NCBI RefSeq assembly: GCF_025526975.1
Contig: NW_026515672.1
Span: 372,001 to 436,000 of the forward strand
Direction: 5' to 3'
From: Fimicolochytrium jonesii
Taxonomy: Eukaryota
Length of the DNA: 64,000 nucleotides
Shown here in pieces: positions 58,979-64,000 of the stretch. Made by a program: the position numbers and the translations under genes. Every line of letters starts with the position of its first letter. Within the stretch, counting starts at the first letter, position 1. The notes below the pieces were generated by a model, which was not told the origin of the DNA, made no database searches, and was given only the letters and a program-made list of their open reading frames with translations.

Positions 58979-60006
58979 ATGGACTCAGCGTCTACCGCAA
59001 AAATGGAATCCGCCAGAACAGCATACGTCACTCGGAAGACGAACGAAACTGATGTCGACGTGTCGCTCGCTCTCTACCAGTTCGGTCCGCAAACCATACG
59101 AATCAACACAGGAATCGGGTTCTTGGACCACGTGAGTGTCGGCGGCGGAGAAGTGCAGAAGGAGGGGCCGGTGGATAGCGTGGATGGGTGTGACAGCCGC
59201 TGTGGTGCTTGCTGGATGTGGCCGACTTTGACGACGAAGGCTAGGGCGCGAACCGGTTGGCGGGGCAATGCGAAACGTGATTGCGTAAAAAAGGCAGCCA
59301 AGTTCATATCACCATTACAACAGCATGAGGCGGCCGAGAACAGTGTTTCGATGTTGAGGGGAGAGGTCCCTGGCGATGGGACAAGCCTCGCTTTCGCCGG
59401 TCCTGAATCCACACAGGCTCTCGAAAGTAGTCCTGTCCACTGACGCTTGCTCGTCATAGATGTTCCACGCCCTTGCAAAGCACGCCCGTTGGTCACTCGA
59501 AATAACCTGCAAAGGCGACCTCCACATCGACGACCACCACACCGCCGAAGACTGCGGCCTAGCGCTCGGCACCGCCTTCAAAGACGCGTTAGGCCCACCC
59601 GCTGGTATCAAACGCTACGGATCCGCGTATGCTCCCCTAGACGAGGCGCTATCGAGGGCTGTAGTGGATGTCTCGGGACGCCCGTTTGCGGTTGTGGAGC
59701 TGGGCCTGAAGAGGGAGAAGATTGGGGATTTGAGCTGTGAGATGATCCCGCACGTCATACAGAGTTTTGCGCAGGCGGCGGGATTGACGGTTCATGTGGA
59801 TGTGTTGCGAGGTTTCAATGACCATCACAGGTGGGTTACTGAGTTCGGCCTGAGAACTATGTTGCCTGCTGCGCATTGAAGCTAATATATTACCCCTTGT
59901 TAGAGCGGAGTCGGCATTCAAAGCATTAGCAGTCGCACTTAGGGAGGCTCTATCACCGCTAGGATCGATAGATGATGTGCCGAGCACAAAGGGTACTCTA
60001 GCATAG
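58979..60006 (+). CDS. HIS3: Imidazoleglycerol-phosphate dehydratase
   Basis: [61 protein letters not shown]. Introns 59131-59459 and 59831-59903. Alternative ATG at 59003. Confidence 0.97.
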
Positions 60007-60222
60007 ACTAGTGGCGTGATCCTAGTACACGGCGTACACTCAACCACACTGCATAAAAGCATTCTGCCTGCAAATCACAATCAGTGATTTCCCCTCTTTC
60101 CAATGGATTTGCATCTAGTATTGTGTTGGGTACCCATTTTTGAGGGGAATCATGAATTATATAAGTGATGGCATGCTATTTACAATGCTGCTTGACTCTA
60201 AGACCTACGCGCGACAACCGAA

Positions 60223-62187
60223 CTACGCCAAGCTCATTCGACCCCTGATACTACTCTCAATGCTATCCGCCAACGCCATATCCTTCTTGGCCACAATACT
60301 CGTAGCCCTCCCCGACCGCCCATTCCTCGCAGTCCTTCCCACCCGATGCAAGTAATCAATCGCAGTCTGCGGGAAATCATACAAGATCACATGCCCAACA
60401 TTCACCGTGTCCAGTCCACGGGACGCAATATCCGTCGCGACGAGGATGATAGGCACGCGGTTGATCGTCTGCCGCTCAACATTCTCCACCTCCTTGAGAC
60501 TCGCGAGCGGGTCGACGGCCGCCGCGAACCGCTTCAACGCCTTGGCCCTGAAACTGACATGCACATTCGACGAGATGTCCTGCACGTCATACTCCTTGCT
60601 CCGCAGCAAATTCGTCACGGCCTCGCAGCTCTTGCGCGTGTTGCAAAAAATGATGATGCGGTCGTCCATCAGGACCGCGCGTTTGAGGATGTCGAGCAAC
60701 ATGGTCTGCTTCACTGTGCCGTTCTCGATGCGGACGAAACGTTGGGTTAGGCCTGGGACGGTGCGGTGCACTGAGGGGGTGGCGATGCGGCGGTAGGTTG
60801 GGAAATGGCGTTCGAGAGTGCGGATTAAGGAGACGGGCACGGTGGCGGAGACAAAGACGGTTTGACAGCGCTGGTGTTGCTTGGTGCGCTGTTCCTCGGA
60901 TAATCGAAGGATGCGTTCCAGGTCCGGTCCGAAATCTTCGTCGGTCATCGTGTCGGCTTCGTCAATCACAAGGAGTCGGGTTTGCGAAAAGGCAAACCCT
61001 TCTTTTGTGAGCAAGAAGTTCAACGACCCCGGCGTGGCGACCAACAGATCGACCGGCGCGTTAACGATCTTGGCCTCCATGTCGGACTTGGTGATCCCGG
61101 CGTGAGCACCGACTACACGGAGTCGAACTGAGTGACACATGGTTTTCGCAGTCTCGGTAACTTGCATCACCAACTCCCGAGATGGCACAACAATGACCGC
61201 CCTGGGTCTGCGGAGTTTGCGAATTTGTGATAGCCCCGCTGTTGCGCTGAAAGCCTGGCCATCGGTCGTCATAGCCTCCACAATGTCCAGCGCCGATTCT
61301 GACTCGGCAACCGCACGGACCGCATCCTCCTCTTGCTGTTTCAAGGTGTGAATGATGGGCAGCAGATATGCTCCAGTCTTGCCTCCACCCGTCTCTGCCG
61401 CGCATAAGATTGGTCCATCCTGGTCATTATTCAATATTTCTGGTATGCACAGCGCCTGTACGGTGGTCGGCCGCTTGTAACCTAGCTTCGACGTTGCCGT
61501 TTCCGCCACATCCGCTCGTAATCCCAGGGAATCGAAATTCAGCAGTCTTTTCATATGCGCCATCGAACGCCTTTCCGATTGATCCAACTCCGACTCTGTG
61601 CTCAGCTCAAACTTGGCAGCGTGGCGGGCACGTTTCTGCTCCATCGCTTCTCTATTTGCGAGCGCTTCAGCGCTGGTCAAGCGTTGTCGTACGAGTCTGC
61701 CGGATGGGCGAGACTGTGCTTCCGGGTCACCTTCCCTCCGCTTCCGCTGTGGCCCACTCCTTCCCGACGCCTGCCTCCCTTTTCCACCCGCGACTCCAGC
61801 ATCCTTTTCGCTTCCTTCCTGACCCTGTGGGCGATTGAATTGCGCCAACCGCAGCCGCGGCGGCAGAGCAAGTTTGGGCAGCCGTTTCCGCATTTTCGAG
61901 TCCGGCTGGTTCGCACCGACCCGTTTGCTGGTTCGGGTTGAGTTGCCTTTTTTACTGCTGGGCTTCTGACGAGGATACTTGGTGGAAAATGTGAATTGAC
62001 TCGACGTGCGAGACACTTTTGTTGCGTAGGTCGCTGCGGGACCGGCGAGCTTGAGGGCAGCTAGTCTGGGAGCCAAGTACAGGGGTGTGCTGGCGGCGCA
62101 CACTGTCGTGCGGAATGCGACTTTCCGAGACAACGACCTCACGCAACGTTCGAGCCTCGCAGCTCTGCAAGCCGTGCTCGGCAGCAT
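60223..62187 (-). CDS. MRH4: Mitochondrial DEAD-box RNA helicase (Mrh4/DDX28-like)
   Basis: R-rich presequence-like N-terminus; Q motif PTTVQ, AETGGGKT, PSREL, DEAD, SAT, SRGLD, HRVGRTAR. Confidence 0.85.
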   Translation of the reverse strand: MLPSTACRAARLERCVRSLSRKVAFRTTVCAASTPLYLAPRLAALKLAGPAATYATKVSRTSSQFTFSTKYPRQKPSSKKGNSTRTSKRVGANQPDSKMRKRLPKLALPPRLRLAQFNRPQGQEGSEKDAGVAGGKGRQASGRSGPQRKRREGDPEAQSRPSGRLVRQRLTSAEALANREAMEQKRARHAAKFELSTESELDQSERRSMAHMKRLLNFDSLGLRADVAETATSKLGYKRPTTVQALCIPEILNNDQDGPILCAAETGGGKTGAYLLPIIHTLKQQEEDAVRAVAESESALDIVEAMTTDGQAFSATAGLSQIRKLRRPRAVIVVPSRELVMQVTETAKTMCHSVRLRVVGAHAGITKSDMEAKIVNAPVDLLVATPGSLNFLLTKEGFAFSQTRLLVIDEADTMTDEDFGPDLERILRLSEEQRTKQHQRCQTVFVSATVPVSLIRTLERHFPTYRRIATPSVHRTVPGLTQRFVRIENGTVKQTMLLDILKRAVLMDDRIIIFCNTRKSCEAVTNLLRSKEYDVQDISSNVHVSFRAKALKRFAAAVDPLASLKEVENVERQTINRVPIILVATDIASRGLDTVNVGHVILYDFPQTAIDYLHRVGRTARNGRSGRATSIVAKKDMALADSIESSIRGRMSLA

Positions 62188-63874
62188 AATCGAGGGGCGT
62201 CACGACACAAGCCTTTGGTAATATAAAGTGACCCTGCGCTTCCACCTACTAGCGTCTCAACGTACTGTAACCAACGCTGCTGTCGTCGGTCCTGCTCGTA
62301 GGATGCTCTGGTGAACATTCGGGAAGTTGGGCGAGTTTTCCGTCGCGTTCAACCAGCGATTTCTTACCCTGTTTCCTAACAACCGCATTCCACATAAACA
62401 ACAGCTCAGCAACAGCTCCAGGAGTCCAGACCGACTCCGGTTACATCGCTGGCTCCATCGGACGCAGTTTACTCCAACCTCGCCCAACGACCGTACCCTC
62501 TGCAGCTCCGCCCATGTCCAGCCGCCAGCAGTAGTGACATCCCCAGTCATTAGCGGGAAACCGACAACGAGCGTTCCTTAGCTTACTCCTCAATCAAGTG
62601 CACAGGTCACTCTTGTATTCAGCCATGTCGTCCACGACTCGGAAGCACCGTTCTCCTGGCGCCTGCAGTTCCATCGCGGGTTCGACGCCGCTAGTGCACT
62701 GTGAAGACGGCACGTGGCTTAGATTCTGGGGCTCTGAAGGGAAGCGGAAGGACAACACTCCTGCATCACCCGCAAAGTTTTATCCGTCGTCCACTGTACG
62801 AAACGGCTTGCGTTCTTGGAAACCTTGGCCGGTGGACAGCATGTATCGGTACGATTCATTGGACGACTGGTTTGAAGGCCGAAAGCAAGCCGTCCTCGCT
62901 CAGCACACCGGCTTATTCGGCTGCCCATCCGAGCAATAACTTCCCTTACCTCTACCTTCCCTCACACCACAACAAGCGCCTTCCTTGTTCGCTTGGATGA
63001 AGGTCTCGCAATCATGTCGTGCCTGCGTGGGGCTGGATGAGAGCTTTACTGTACGCGCGGGATCGAACACTAACACTTTTCTCAACTCGCATATCACGAT
63101 TTGTGTCACTCACCCCCGGTCAACAAATGAACCTCGCGGTTCGAGCGCATTTGAAAAACCCGAAAGAGATCAATGTGCGAGAGGTGGGTCAGGGGCAGCA
63201 ATTCAGGCGACCCGAGGTGGTTGCGGGACACCAGATGTTGGGTAGCGTCTGGCTGGTGTCCCGCAACTATGTCAAACCTGTCACTTAGTGTCCGTAGTCC
63301 CCTCTCCGACATTGCATCCTGGTCGCCGGATCTTGCGGCGTGCCCAGGGAAAAAACTGTGAATTCTGGACGTAAGGAGCGGATTGCCGGAGTACGTGGCC
63401 CAAACAATAGTCATTAGTCCTAATTGGTTCTTTGTCGAAAGTTCCTCCTGAGACATGTTGAAATCCTACATACTGCGGGAAGCTGCTGGCCTAAATGCAG
63501 ACCCTCTCATGTCGTTTACATCAGTGCTGCCCGTCTCGCATCACGGGAACGACTTGAGAACAGGTGTGCAGCCGATTGTAGTTCGCACCGCGAATAAATC
63601 GACCAAGGACACGTGACTGCGGTGGGGTGTGGATGACAAACGTACTGAGCTTTACCTCCTTCACCTTTTCTTTCCCTTTTCTGCAACCCATTCCTTTCCC
63701 ACGCACTGATCCGCAAATCGTAGACCTGTTTAAAAAGTGGAGGAGTTATATACGGAAGGCATCAAGATATACCCTTCTCTACCGTCTTCACCGCCGTTAG
63801 CCGGTCTGCGTCCAACTGTCCGACGAATCGCCAACTTACGCAAGTCCAGAAGACAAGAGCTAGTATATGAATCA

Positions 63875-64000
63875 ATGGACCCCAGGCAAGACGACGATCA
63901 TGAACAAGACGTTGATCCTACTCAACGCGGTCGGCCTACGGCCAGCTCTCAGATTCAGGCTGCTACCTCCCTCGGAGCGAAACGGCCGGCCGGGAAAGGC
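63875..64000 (+). CDS. Possible 5' start of a gene running off the window
   Basis: ATG followed by 42 open codons (MDPRQDDDHEQ...), with TATATA at about 63748. Confidence 0.3.
   Translation, partial: MDPRQDDDHEQDVDPTQRGRPTASSQIQAATSLGAKRPAGKG

Noticed and set aside
62300..63500. Possible gene upstream of MRH4
   Set aside because: Only short disconnected ORFs, with no consistent splice model or family motif.
1..64000. tRNA, rRNA, snoRNA genes and U12-type introns
   Set aside because: None recognised by eye, and all introns I traced were GT-AG. A covariance-model scan would be needed to exclude small RNAs.

Overview
Gene-dense, intron-rich (mostly short GT-AG introns) nuclear DNA from a flagellated fungus, most plausibly a chytrid: fungal housekeeping genes (MDM34, HIS3, HAP2/NF-YA, Rictor/AVO3, GPT2/SCT1-type GPAT) occur together with the ciliary genes IFT56/TTC26 and NME7. 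About 25 genes can be supported. They include OGG1 (partial), Rictor, histone H2A ending in SQEY, DRG2, NME7, IFT56, TXNDC17, MDM34, NMNAT, an actinobacterial-like carboxylesterase, TMEM184, OST4 (too short for the ORF track), an F-box/LRR gene, MAD2, HAP2, a DsbA/FrnE-like gene, WDR23/DCAF11, an acidic repeat protein, GPAT, HIS3 and an MRH4/DDX28-like helicase, with degraded relic regions between some of them. The most notable feature is a decayed Fanzor (eukaryotic TnpB-type RNA-guided nuclease) on the minus strand at about 32976-33825. It retains RuvC-II (DEFRTS), Zn-finger (CxxxxC) and RuvC-III (NRD) motifs, abuts an RNI-like LRR reading frame upstream, and is followed by four G-U-containing hairpins that may be an omegaRNA scaffold. 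Gene calls come from recognising motifs and splicing by hand. No searches were run, and exon boundaries are manual.
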